From NCBI RefSeq assembly GCF_963921235.1, contig NC_086097.1, positions 131,814,001 through 131,878,000 on the forward strand: a stretch of DNA of 64,000 nt, in the 5' to 3' direction. Under the pieces are notes generated by a model, which did not search any database, was not told where the DNA came from, and was given only the letters and a program-made list of their open reading frames with translations. Positions 41,570 through 53,108 of the stretch are shown here, piece by piece. Position 1 is the stretch's first letter; every line of letters begins with the position of its first letter. Source of the DNA: Mobula hypostoma. Its lineage: Eukaryota. A program made the translations under genes and the position numbers.

Positions 41570-43757
41570 TTTGGTTTTGAGAAAGGACCTAAAAAGCGTG
41601 GATTGGGACAGGTTGTTCTCTGGCAAAGATGTGATTGGTAGGTGGGAAGCCTTCAAAGGAGAAATTTTGAGAGTGCAGTGTTTGTATGTTTCTGTCAGGA
41701 TTAAAGGCAAGGTGAATAGGAATAAGGAACCTTGGTTCTCAAGGGATATTGCAACTCTGATAAAGAAGAAGAGGGAGTTGTATGACATGTATAGGAAGCA
41801 TGGAGTAAATAAAGTGCTTGAAGAGTATAAGAAGTGCAAGAAAATACTAAAGAAAGAAATCAGGAGGGCTAAAAGAAGACATGAGGTTGCCCTGGCAGTC
41901 AAAGTGAAGGATAATCCAAAGAGCTTTTACAGGTATATTAAGAGCAAAAGGATTGTAAGGGATAAAATTGGTCCTCTTGAAGATCAGAGTGGTCGGCTAT
42001 GTGCGGAACCAAAGGAAATGGGGGAGATCTTAAACAGGTTTTTTGCGTCTGTATTTACTAAGGAAACTGGCATGAAGTCTATGGAATTAAGAGAAACAAG
42101 TAGTGAGATCATGGAAACTGTACAGATCGAAAAGGAGGAGGTGCTTGCTGTCTTGAGGAAAATTAAAGTGGATAAATCCCCGGGACCTGACAGGGTGTTC
42201 CCTCGGACCTAGTGGACCTAGTGTTGAAATTGCAGGGGCCCTGGCAGAAATATTTAAAATGTCGCTGTCTACAGGTGAGGTGCTGGAGGATTGAAGAGCG
42301 GCTCATGTCGTTCCGTTGTTTAAAAAAGGATCGAAAAGTAATCCGGGAAATTATAGGCCGGTAAGTTTAATGTCGGTAGTAGGTAAGTTATTGGAGGGAG
42401 TACTAAGAGACAGAATCTACAAGCATTTGGATAGACAGGGACTTATTAGGGAGAGTCAACATGGCTTTGTGCATGGTAGGTCATGTTTGACCGATCTATT
42501 GGAGTTTTTGGAGGAGGTTACCAGGAAAGTGGATGAAGGGAAGGCAGTGGATATTGTCTACATGGACTTCAGTAAGGCCTTTGACAAGGTCCCGCATGGG
42601 AGGGTTAGTTAGGAAAATTCAGTCGCTAGGTATACATGGAGAGGTGGTAAATTGGATTAGACATTGGCTCAATGGAAGAAGCCAAAGAGTGGTAGTAGAG
42701 AATTGCTTCTCCGAGTGGAGGCCTGTGACTAGTGGTGTGCCACAGGGATCAGTGCTGGGTCCATTGTTATTTGTCATCTCTATCAATGATCTGGATGATA
42801 ATGTGGTAAATTGGATCAGCAAATTTGCTGATGATACAAAGATTGGAGGTGTAGTAGACAGTGAGGAAGGTTTTCAGAGCCTGCAGAGGGACTTGGACCA
42901 GCTGGGAAAATGGGCTGAAAAATGGCAGATGGAGTTTAATACAGACAAGTGTGAGGTATTGCACGTTGGAAGGACAAAACAAGGTAGAACATACAGGGTT
43001 AATGGTAAGGCACTGAGGAGTGCAGTGGAACAGAGGGATCTGGTAATACAGATACAAAATTCCCTAAAAGTGGCGTCACAGGTAGATGGCGTCACAGGTA
43101 GATAGGGTCATAAAGAGAGCTTTTGGTACATTGGCCTTTATTAATCAAAGTATTGAGTATAAGAGTTGAAATGTTATGATGAGGTTGTATAAGGCATTGG
43201 TCAGGCCGAATCTGGAGTATTGTGTTCAGTTTTGGTCACCAAATTACAGGAAGGATATAAATAAGGTTGAAAGAGTGCAGAGAAGGTTTACAAGGATGTT
43301 GCCAGGACTTGAGAAACTCAGTTACAGAGAAAGGTTGAATAGGTTAGGACTTTATTCCCTGGAGCGTAGAAGAATGAGGGGAGATTTGATAGAGGTATAT
43401 AAAATTATGATGGGTATAGATAGAGTGAATGCAAGCAGGCTTTTTCCACTGAAGCAAGGGGAGAAAAAAAACAGAGGACATGGGTTAAGGGTGAGGGGGG
43501 AAAAATTTAAAGGGAACATTAGGGGGGGGCTTCCTCACACAGAGAGTGGTGGGAATATGGAATGAGCTGCCAGACGAGGTGGTAAATACGGGTTCTTTTT
43601 TAACATTTAAGAATAAATTGGACAGATACATGGATGGGAGGTGTATGGAGGGATATGGTCTGTGTGCAGGTCAGTGGGACTAGGCAGAAAATGATTCGGC
43701 ACAGCCAAGGGCCAAAAGGCCTGTTTCTGTGCTGTAGTTTCTATGGTTTTCTATGGT
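41570..43757 (+). mobile_element. Young 5'-truncated CR1 LINE ORF2 (RT) with few lesions
   Basis: Long ORF pieces DKSPGPD, NPGNYRPVSL, SQHGF, DFSKAFDKVPH, GVPQGSVLGP and KFADD; a 16-bp tandem duplication at about 43072-43103 shifts the frame; (TTCTATGG) tail. Confidence 0.93.
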
Positions 43758-43967
43758 TAACATGAAGAACTCATTGTTAACCATTAATATTGTTATGTTG
43801 CAATAATTGTGCAATTCTGCAATGTAGCAATATTCCAATTGTTGTTTCAGCAACAAATAGCATTAAAATAATTAATTCTAATTTGACCACTACAATTTGC
43901 AATGGTACAGCATCTTTAATGTAACCTCTTCAGACACTTTGCAAATGCTGTGTTAGTGGCATAGATA

Positions 43968-44196
43968 CATTTAGTGGCTATTTCATCAGGTACATCTGTA
44001 TAGCTGATCATTAATGCAAATATCTAATCAGCCCATCATGTGCTAGCAACTCAATGTGTAAAAGCATGCAGAGATGGTCAAGAGGTTCAATTATTTTCTG
44101 ACCAAATATCAGAATGGGGGAGAAATCTGGTCTAAGTGCCTTTGACCATGGAATGATTATTGGTGTCAGGTGGGGTGGTTTGAGTATCTCAGAAAC
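43968..44196 (+). mobile_element. Tc1-like transposon left-end fragment
   Basis: Homologous to 4210-4737; MGEKSGLSAFDHGMIIGVRWGGLSISET. Confidence 0.75.
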
Positions 44197-44811
44197 TATA
44201 TGTTTTAAAGTAAGTTGTAGTGAAAACTTTGAATATCATCTTACATGTACCACATTTCACATCTTAGCCTTTGCAGGAACCAGCTTCACCGAATATGTAT
44301 TTTTGATACACTTTTCTACATTTCCTTACAACATAAAATGAGGCCAGTCAATCCATCAGGTTTATGCTGACTCACAGAACAATTCCAACACCCAGCTAAT
44401 TTTCCCCTCGTACTGATACTCCATGCTTTCCTCTCAACTCTCTCCAGATTCTACCACTAAGTTATATAATTAGAATTACGTTCTAATTGATCAGTTTAAA
44501 TTGGCAGACAATATTAAAATCTGAAGCTACCAAGAAGACCCATTGTTATGTGTAGAGGTTTGTGACTGAGATTATTTCCTTTACAATATAAGAGAATCAA
44601 AAGAGATTTGAATGAGGCTGTAGATAATGCAAAGTGGAAAAAACCTATGGCTGTTGCCAGTAATATAGGCATGAAACTTTTGGATTGTTTTCCAACTTTT
44701 CCAGTTCACTGATGTAATTCAGGAATGAGACTCAGCCATCCTTGCCTAGTCTGGCCTAAAAGTGACTTCAGACCCAGCACTATGTAAGTAACTCTTAACT
44801 GCACCTTTATT

Positions 44812-45640
44812 TCAATAGACAATAGACAATAAGTGCAGGAGTAGGCCATTCGGCCCTTCGAGCCAGCACCGCCATTCACTGTGATCATGGCTGATCATCC
44901 ACAATCAGTATCCAGTTCCTGCCTTATCCCCATAACCTTTGATTCCACTATCTTTAAGAGCTCTATCCATCTCTTTTTTGAAAGTATCCAGAGACTTGGC
45001 CTCCACAGCTTTCTGGTGCAGAACATCCCATATATCCCCCGCTCTCTGAGTGAAAAAGTTTTTCCTCAACTCCGTTCTAAATGACCTACCCCTAATTCTT
45101 AAACTGTGGCCTCTGGTTCTGGACTCACCCATCAGCAGGAGCATGCTTCCTGCCTCCAGTGTGTCCAATCCCTTAATAATCTTATATGTTTCAGTAAGAT
45201 CCCCTCTCAGCCTTCTAAATTCCAGAGTATACAAGCCCAGCCACTCCAATCTTTCGACATATGACAGTCCCGCCATCCCGGGAATTAACCTTGTGAACCT
45301 ACGCTGCACTCCCTCAATAGCAAGAATGTCCTTCCTCAAATCTGGAGACCAAAACTGCACACAGTACCCCAGGTGTGGTCTCACCAGGGCCCTGTACAGC
45401 TGCAGAAGGACCTCTTTGCTCTTATACTCAATTCTCCTTGTTATGAAGGCCAGCATGCCATTAGCTTTTTTCACTGCCTGCTGTACTTGCATGCTTGCTT
45501 TCAGTGACAGATGTACAAGAACACCTAGATCTCATTGTGTTTCCCCTTTTCCTAACTTGACTCCATTTAGATAATAATCTGCCTTCCCGTTCTTACCACC
45601 AAAGTGGATAACCTCACATTTATCCACATTAAACTGCATT
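44812..45640 (-). mobile_element. Young CR1 3' fragment
   Basis: Uninterrupted 195-aa ORF2 C-terminus (LYRALVRPHLGYCVQFWSP) and a (CAATAGA)n tail on the plus strand. Confidence 0.93.
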
Positions 45641-45734
45641 TCATGGGGAAATTATAAGTGTACGGTGAATTATTGCCACATGTACTGAGGTACTGTGAAA
45701 AAAATTTACTTGTATGTCACCCAGCCAGGTCATT

Positions 45735-46710
45735 TGAATTGACTTTATTTCTTACATCCTTCACATACATGAGGAGTAAAAATCTTTAAGTTATGTCTCC
45801 ACCTAAATGTGCAATGTGCAATTCATAGTAAATTGTAATAAGTGGTATGTACAACAGGATAGTCAACAGGACACAATAGAAGTACAACTGTGTCAGCATG
45901 AGTTAATCAGTCTGATGATCTGGTGGGAGAAGCTGCCCCAGAGCCTGTTGGTCCTGGCTTTTATGCTGTGGTACCGTTTCCCAGATGGTAGCAGCTGGGA
46001 CAGTTTGAGGTTGGGGTGACTCAGGTCCTCAATGATCCTTTGGGCCCTCTTTACACAATTGTCTCTATAAATGTCCTAAATAGTGGGAAGTTCACGTCTA
46101 CAGATGCGCTGGGCTGTCCGCACCACTCTCTGCAGAGTCCTGCAATTGAGGGAAGTACAGTTCCCATACCAGGCAGTGATGCAGCCAGTCAGGATGCTCT
46201 CAATTGTGCCCCTGTAGCATGTCCTTAGGATTTGAGGACTCATACCAACACTTCTTCAATCAACTGAGGTGAAAGAGGTGAAAAAGTGAGGTGCTTTTTT
46301 CACCACACAGCCGGTATGTACAGACCACATGAAATTCTCTGTGATGTGTATGCCAAGGAACTTAAAGCCATTCATCCTCTTAACCGCAGATCCATTGATG
46401 TCAATAGGGATTAGCCTGTCTCCATTCCTCCTGTAGTCCACAACCAGCTCCTTTGTTTTTGCAACATTGAGGGAGAGGTTGTTTTCTTGACACCACTCTG
46501 TCAGGGTGATGACTTCTCCTCTGTAGGCTGCCTCGTTATTATTTGAGATAAGGTCAATCAATGTAGTATTTTCAGCAAATTTAATTAGCAGATTGGAGCT
46601 GTGGGTGGCAACAGTCATGGGTATAGAGAAGTAAAGGAGAGGGCTTAGGATGCAGTCCTGAGGAGCATCTGTGTTGAGAGTCAGAGGGGCAGAGGTGAAG
46701 GAGCCCACTG
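45735..46710 (-). mobile_element. Rex1/Babar-type LINE 3' fragment
   Basis: APQDCILSPLLY...KFAENTT...WCQENNLSLNVAKTKELVVDYRR. Confidence 0.88.
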
Positions 46711-47254
46711 ATGCCATACTTTATTACATTAAGGTAGTAAAAAGAAAACAATGCAGAATATATGTCATAGTCCGGTCAGTGATGTCTGTATTCCGGTTCA
46801 CAATCCAGTCCATCGACCCTTGCTCCAGGTTTTCCTATCTACCCTGTTTCTGTCCTTGTTGAGCTAAATGAGGCAGCTGATGCTAGTTGGGGCTGGCTGC
46901 ATAATTACCTCCAGAGACCAGGACGTGATTGCTGAATTGTTCTTGTCCCTACTCCTTGTATCCCTTCCTCTGCCTTTTGTTTCCTTGCCTGAAGCCCTGC
47001 CTTGTCTTGCCAGTAACTCTCGCCTCACCTGAAGTTCTTGTCTTGCCTTGCTTTGCCTGTAGCCTTGCCCAGTCTTGCTGTCTGATCCTGGAGCCACCCT
47101 GTACCTAGCTCCCTTCCTGTTCCTTGCCTCCGCCCAGGTAAGCCAGGCTGTCTTACCATTACCTGGGGTTGGTCCTGTCCCTTCCTGTCCCTTGCCTCTG
47201 TCGGGTGGTGATCCATGCCCTGCCCAGGTGATCTGCACCCTGTCCAGGGGGAGC

Positions 47255-49584
47255 CAAGCCTCGCCTCAAGTCTCAAGTCTCCTGCCTCCTGCCAAGCCTC
47301 GCCTCGAGTCTTCTGCCTCCGTCCTCCAGCCTCGCCTCGCCTCGAGTCTCCTGCCTCCTGCCTCCAGCCTCGTCTCCAGTCTCCTGCCTCCAGCCTTTGG
47401 CCTAGCCCCGAGCCTGAGGACTCCAGCCTCTGGCCTTGCCTCGAGTCTCCTGCCTCTGGCCTCCGGCCTCGCCTCGAGTCTCCTGCCTCCATCCTCCGGC
47501 CTCGCCTCGAGTCTCTTGCCTCCGTCCTCCAGCCTCGCCTCGAGTCTCCTGCCTCCATCCTCCGGCCTCGCCTCGAGTCTCTTGCCTCCGTCCTCCAGCC
47601 TCACCTCGAGTCTCCTGCCTCCGTCCTCCAGACTCGCCTCGAGTCTCCTGCCTCCGGCCTCCAGCCGTGAGTCTCCTGCCTCCAGCCTCCTGCCTAGCCC
47701 CAAGCCTGAGGACTCCAGCCTCTGGCCTCGCCGCGAGTCTCCTGCCTCCAGCCTCCGGCCTCGCCTCGAATCTCCTGCCTCCAGCCTCCAGCCTCGCCTC
47801 GAGTCTCCTGCCTCCAGCCTCCTGCCTAGCCCCAAGCCTGAGAATTCCAGCCTCCGGCCTCGCCTCGAGTCTCCTGCCTCCAGCCCCCGGCCTCGCCTCG
47901 AGTCTCCTGCCTCCAGCCCACGACCTCTCCGCGAGTCTCCTGCCTCCAGCCCCCGGCCTCGCGGCGAGTCTCCTGCCTCCAGCCCCCGGCCTCGCGGCGA
48001 GTCTCCTGCCTCCAGCCCCCGGCCTCGCGGCGAGTCTCCTGCCTCCAGCCCCCGGCCTCGCGGCGAGTCTCCTGCCTCCAGCCCCCGGCCTCGCGGCGAG
48101 TCTCCTGCCTCCAGCCCCCGGCCTCGCGGCGAGTCTCCTGCCTCCAGCCCCCGGCCTCGCCTCGAGTCTCCTGCTTCCAGCCTGCTGCCTAGCCCCCAGC
48201 CTGAGGACTCCAGCCTCCGGCCTCCAGCCGCGAGTCTCCTGCCTCCAGCCTCCGGACTTGCCTCGAATCTCCTGCCTCCAGCCTCCAGCGTCGCCTCGAG
48301 TCTCCTGCCTCCAGCCTCCTGCCTAGCCCCAAGCCTGATGATTCCAGCCTCCGGCCTCGCCTCGAGTCTCCTGCCTCCAGCCTCCAGCCTCGCCTCGAGT
48401 CTCCTGCCTCCAGCCTGCTGCCTAGCCCCCAGCCTGAGGACTCCTGCCTCCGGCCTCCAGCCGCGAGTCTCCTGCCTCCGGCCTCCGGCCTCCAGCCGCG
48501 AGACTCCTGCCTCCGGCCTCCGGCCTCCAGCCGCGAGTCTCCTGCCTCCAGCCTCCGGACTTGCCTCGAATCTCCTGCCTCCAGCCTCCAGCGTCGCCTC
48601 GAGTCTCCTGCCTCCAGCCTCCTGCCTAGCCCCAAGCCTGATGATTCCAGCCTCCGGCCTCGCCTCGAGTCTCCTGCCTCCAGCCTCCAGCCTCGCCTCG
48701 AGTCTCCTGCCTCCAGCCTGCTGCCTAGCCCCCAGCCTGAGGACTCCTGCCTCCGGCCTCCAGCCGCGAGTCTCCTGCCTCCGGCCTCCGGCCTCCAGCC
48801 GCGAGACTCCTGCCTCCGGCCTCCGGCCTCCAGCCGCGAGTCTCCTGCCTCCAGCCTCCGGACTTGCCTCGAATCTCCTGCCTCCAGCCTCCAGCGTCGC
48901 CTCGAGTCTCCTGCCTCCAGCCTCCTGCCCAGCCCCAAGCCTGAGGATTCCAGCCTCCGGCCTCGCCTCGAGTCTCCTGCCTCCAGCCTCCGGCCTCGCC
49001 TCGAGTCTCCTGCCTCCAGCCCCCCGGCCTCGCCGCGAGTCTCCTGCCTCCAGCCCCCCGGCCTCGCCGCGAGTCTCCTGCCTCCAGCCCCCCGGCCTCG
49101 CCGCGAGTCTCCTGCCTCCATCCCCCCGGCCTCGCCGCGAGTCTCCTGCCTCCAGCCCCCCGGCCTCGCCGCGAGTCTCCTGCCTCCAGCCCCCCGGCCT
49201 CGCCGCGAGTCTCCTGCCTCCAGCCCCCCGGCCTCGCCGCGAGTCTCCTGCCTCCAGCCCCCCGGCCTCGCCGCGAGTCTCCTGCCTCCAGCCCCCCGGC
49301 CTCGCCGCGAGTCTCCTGCCTCCAGCCCCCCGGCCTCGCCGCGAGTCTCCTGCCTCCAGCCCCCCGGCCTCGCCGCGAGTCTCCTGCCTCCAGCCCCCCG
49401 GCCTCGCCGCGAGTCTCCTGCCTCCAGCCCCCCGGCCTCGCCGCGAGTCTCCTGCCTCCAGCCCCCCGGCCTCGCCGCGAGTCTCCTGCCTCCAGCCCCC
49501 CGGCCTCGCCGCGAGTCTCCTGCCTCCAGCCCCCCGGCCTCGCCGCGAGTCTCCTGCCTCCAGCCTCCGGCCTAGCATCGAGCC
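47255..49584. repeat. GC-rich minisatellite (33/34-bp units with a 303-bp higher-order repeat)
   Basis: Core ggcctcgccNcgagtctcctgcctccagcc; six copies of a 33-mer from 47955; a 303-bp period (marker tccggacttg at 48251, 48554, 48857); sixteen copies of a 34-mer from 49026. Confidence 0.97.
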
Positions 49585-49806
49585 TAAAATAAAAATTCAG
49601 TTGATTAAGTTACATTTGTTGAATTAGCTAATAGGATTTGTCTTGTTAATTTTTTTTGAGAGAGCGCAGGATAAAGAATGGATAGCCATTTTCTAGAGAG
49701 AGTGCAGAGTCCAGGAAGGGGAAAGAAGGAGATTGGAAACAGAGGACAAATATAGTGGAAGAACTTGGTGAAACACTCACAGAACCTAATTTAGAAGGAC
49801 AGGTAG
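49585..49806 (+). repeat. 222-bp direct copy of 51809-52030
   Basis: Identical by eye from taaaataaaaattcag to gaaggacaggtag, with an offset of 2224 bp. Confidence 0.95.
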
Positions 49807-50744
49807 CCTCTAGACTCTTGCCAAGCCAAGTCTCTAGCCTCTAGCCACAAGCTTCAAGCTGGTTGATTTCTGCCTCGTTCTGCCTGCCTGCCAAGCCTCA
49901 TCCTTGCCTAGTTCTGGGGTCCGAGCCAGAGGCAAGACCCAGGTACTGGGTCCCTTTCCAGTCTCTGGCTCGGAGTCCAAGCCTGGGCTCCTAGCTCTTT
50001 TGTCCAGTTCTCTTCCAGGTTCCTGGTTTTCCTGTCCATGTCCTTGCCATCGCCCTGTATCCTAGTCCTGTCCCTAGTACTTCAGTGTCTGTGTCTTGCA
50101 CTTGGGTCCGTTCCCAGCCACCGCCCTTATGACAATATAAGGTTGTAGTTACAGGGAAAGTGCAGTACAGGTAGGCAAATAAAGTACAAGGGGAACAATG
50201 AGGTAGATTGGGAGATCAGGAGTTCAAGGGTTCATCTTTTAGGATATGAGAGGTCCGTTTCAAAGTCTGATAGCAGTAGGATGCAAGCTGTCCATTTGCC
50301 TAGCGGTATGAGCTCTAAAGTTTTTGTATCTTCTGCCTGAGTGGAGGGAGAAGAAGAGAGAATGACTGAGGTGGGAGTGGTTCTTGATTATTTTGTGTGC
50401 TTTCCTGAAGAGGTGGGAAGTGTAGACAGAGTCAGAGGAAGGAGGTTGGTTTAAATGTGAGGAAGGTCTGCATTTCACAAATTAACAAACAAAGTAAAAA
50501 AAAAAATTACTACCATGCGTTGGAATTTGGAGAGCGAAGAGGCATTTGAGGGCGGCAGATGAGCCAGATTCTATCTAAATAAAAACTTGAATCAGAGCTA
50601 TATATTTGGCTGTGAAGCTAGAGAGAGAGCAGGATAGTGGGGAACAAGTAAAATTATTGTCACCTGTGCCCATGTAGTCTATAGAGAAAAGCTTGTCTTG
50701 AATTACATTCATACAGATCCCTTCATTAGAACAATGCCTGAAGT

Positions 50745-50892
50745 TGTTGTTGAGTACCATCAACTCATGGCAATCCTATAGGTTGTCCATAGGTTTTTCG
50801 TCGCCCTTCTTCCACTCAGACCCAACCGGATTCGAACGCTGGACCATCTGCCTCAAAGTCCAATGCCAATGCCACTACACCACCAGCCAGCT
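50745..50892 (-). mobile_element. Short tRNA-derived SINE with RTE-like (CAA)n tail
   Basis: A box TGGTGTAGTGG, B box GTTCGAATCC, a (CAA)n tail, and an imperfect 13-bp TSD caatgcctgaagt / caatgcataaagt. Confidence 0.7.
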
Positions 50893-50899
50893 CAATGCA

Positions 50900-51660
50900 T
50901 AAAGTAATACAAGGTAAAACAATGTGGAGAATAAACCGTTGCAGTTACAGAGAATGAGCAGTACAGCTTGACTGTAAGATGCAAGGTTATAACACGTATT
51001 TTGTGGGAGCAAAAAGAGTCTATCTTATTGTACTAGGGAACTATCCAAGTTTTATACCAGCAGGATAGAAGCTGTTCTTGGGTCTGGTAAAATGCACTTT
51101 CACACTTCTGTCAGTTGGAGGGGGAGAAGCAAGAATATCTGAGGTGGGTGAGTAGTGTAGAGAAAGTTCATGGAGGGGAAGTGGATTTCTGTGATGTACT
51201 GAGCTGTGTCCGCTGCTCTCTGTAGTTTTTGCTGTTGTGGGCAAAACAGATACCATACCAAACGTGATGCATCCAGATCGGACGCTTCCTATAATGCATT
51301 GATAAAATTTGTTGAGGGTCAACGGGAATCCGACAAATTTCTTCAGCCTCCCGATTAAGTAGGGGCACTGGTGAGTTTTCTTGGCCATGACATCAACACA
51401 GTCGGACCAGGACAGGCTATGGGTGATGTTCACTCTGAGGAACTTAGAGCTTTCAACCTCTCAGTCTCAGCACATTGACATAATGAGGGGTATGGGCATT
51501 GCCCCCTTCTTGTAGTCAATGACCAGCTGTTTTGTTTTGCTGACACTGATGATGGATGTTATGACACCAGATCATTAGGCTCAGTATCCGACTCTGTACT
51601 CTGACTTTGTTATTTTAAGTATGGGCCACCACAGTGGTATCATCCACAAACTTGGAGATG
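50900..51660 (-). mobile_element. Old Rex1/Babar-type fragment
   Basis: NITHSLSWSDCVDVMAKKTHQCPYLIGRLKKF. Confidence 0.75.
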
Positions 51661-52631
51661 GAGTGCAATACCCTGATTTGAGACCATGCTTTATTTTATT
51701 TAATATAGTTATCCTGTTAGGCCCCTTGTTTTCTGCAGATCTCCTCAAGATACAAATCTATATAAAAAGTATTCCTTTAATTACATTATACAATCAAGTT
51801 TTGCTGTTTAAAATAAAAATTCAGTTGATTAAGTTACATTTGTTGAATTAGCTAATAGGATTTGTCTTGTTAATTTTTTTTGAGAGAGCGCAGGATAAAG
51901 AATGGATAGCCATTTTCTAGAGAGAGTGCAGAGTCCAGGAAGGGGAAAGAAGGAGATTGGAAACAGAGGACAAATATAGTGGAAGAACTTGGTGAAACAC
52001 TCACAGAACCTAATTTAGAAGGACAGGTAGGGATGTGTGAAAATCCTCATGTAGACTATAGTTTCACGAAGAATGCGCAGATAACTTGTAATTAGCCAGC
52101 TGGCACATGACATTGGAGAAAGTTCAACACCTTATCCTCAGATGTTGCATGGATATTTATTTATGTTTTGCTTGGACTGGTTTTTCTGTGCAGAGCTGTT
52201 TCGGTACTGTGAAAACAAAGTATATTCACAGTTATGGTTAAGACATTTGGAGCCAACAGTGAGAAGATTACAGGAGTTGGAGCAGAATCTGGCCGCAGAG
52301 TTGCGAGTATACAGGGAATAGATTAGGGTGCTGAAGACCCAGCCTTGTTGGGCACAATGTTGAGGATAATGGTGATGGAGGAATTGCTGCCATTTCTTAT
52401 TGAGTGCAATCTGTTGCTCAGGAAATGAAGGATCCAGTTTCAAAAGGGATGTGTTGAGTCCCAGGTTAGGAGTCTGACAATCAGCTTGTAGCCAATTGAC
52501 AGCAGTAAGGTTACAAATTCAATGGTCTTCTTCAGTCCCTTGAACTTTAAGGATTGTGAACGTATTCCTACAATGTGAGAGTACATGCAATAATTGTTCA
52601 AGCTGTATTCTTCAACTGAAAGTTGAAAAAT

Positions 52632-53108
52632 TCATAGAAAGGGTGCAGAGGAGACTTACAAGGATGTTGCCTGGATTGGGGAGCATGCCTTATGAGAATA
52701 TGTTGAGTGAACTCGGCCTTTTCTCCTTGGAGCGACGGAGGATGGGAGGTGACCAGATAGAGGTGTATAAGATGACGAGAGGCATTGATCGTGTGGATAG
52801 TCAGAGGCTTTTTCCCAGGGCTGAAATGGCTAACACGGGAGGGCACAGTTTTAAGGTGCTTGGAAATAGGTACAGAGGAGATGTCTACGGTAGGTTTTTT
52901 ACGCAGAGAGTGGTGAGTGCATGGAATAGGCTTCCAGATGATGGAGGTGGATACGATAGGGTCTTTTAATAGACTCCTAGGTGGGTACATGGAGCTTAGA
53001 AAAATAGAGAGCTACAGGTAACCCTAAGTAATTCCTAAAGTAAGTACATGCTCAGCACAGTATAGTGGGCCGAAGGGCCTGTATTATGCTGTAGGTTTTC
53101 TATGTTTC
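52632..53108 (+). mobile_element. CR1 3' fragment
   Basis: IERVQRRLTRMLPGL...LFSLERRRMGGDQIEVYK followed by the tail. Confidence 0.9.

Larger units (their letters stand above)
46763..50134 (+). mobile_element. Solo LTR-like element (Gypsy-like termini) enlarged by an internal minisatellite
   Basis: TGTCATA...TATGACA termini; exact 5-bp TSD ATATA at 46758-46762 and 50135-50139; tgcacttgggtcc near the 3' end, as in fish Gypsy LTRs; the flanks rejoin as a LINE 3' UTR. Confidence 0.78.

Noticed and set aside
41571..43565. Active LINE or domesticated RT gene
   Set aside because: The element is 5'-truncated, with stops and frameshifts between the ORF pieces.
47255..49584. CRISPR-like array
   Set aside because: Units are head-to-tail with no unique spacers, there are no cas genes, and the context is vertebrate.
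47075..49627. 850-aa ORF as a real gene (mucin- or collagen-like)
   Set aside because: It lies wholly within a DNA-level tandem repeat inside an LTR-like element, the 34-bp unit does not preserve frame, and both strands are open.
50820..50892. tRNA gene
   Set aside because: It has A/B boxes but no proper cloverleaf, and it is attached to a SINE body, tail and TSD.
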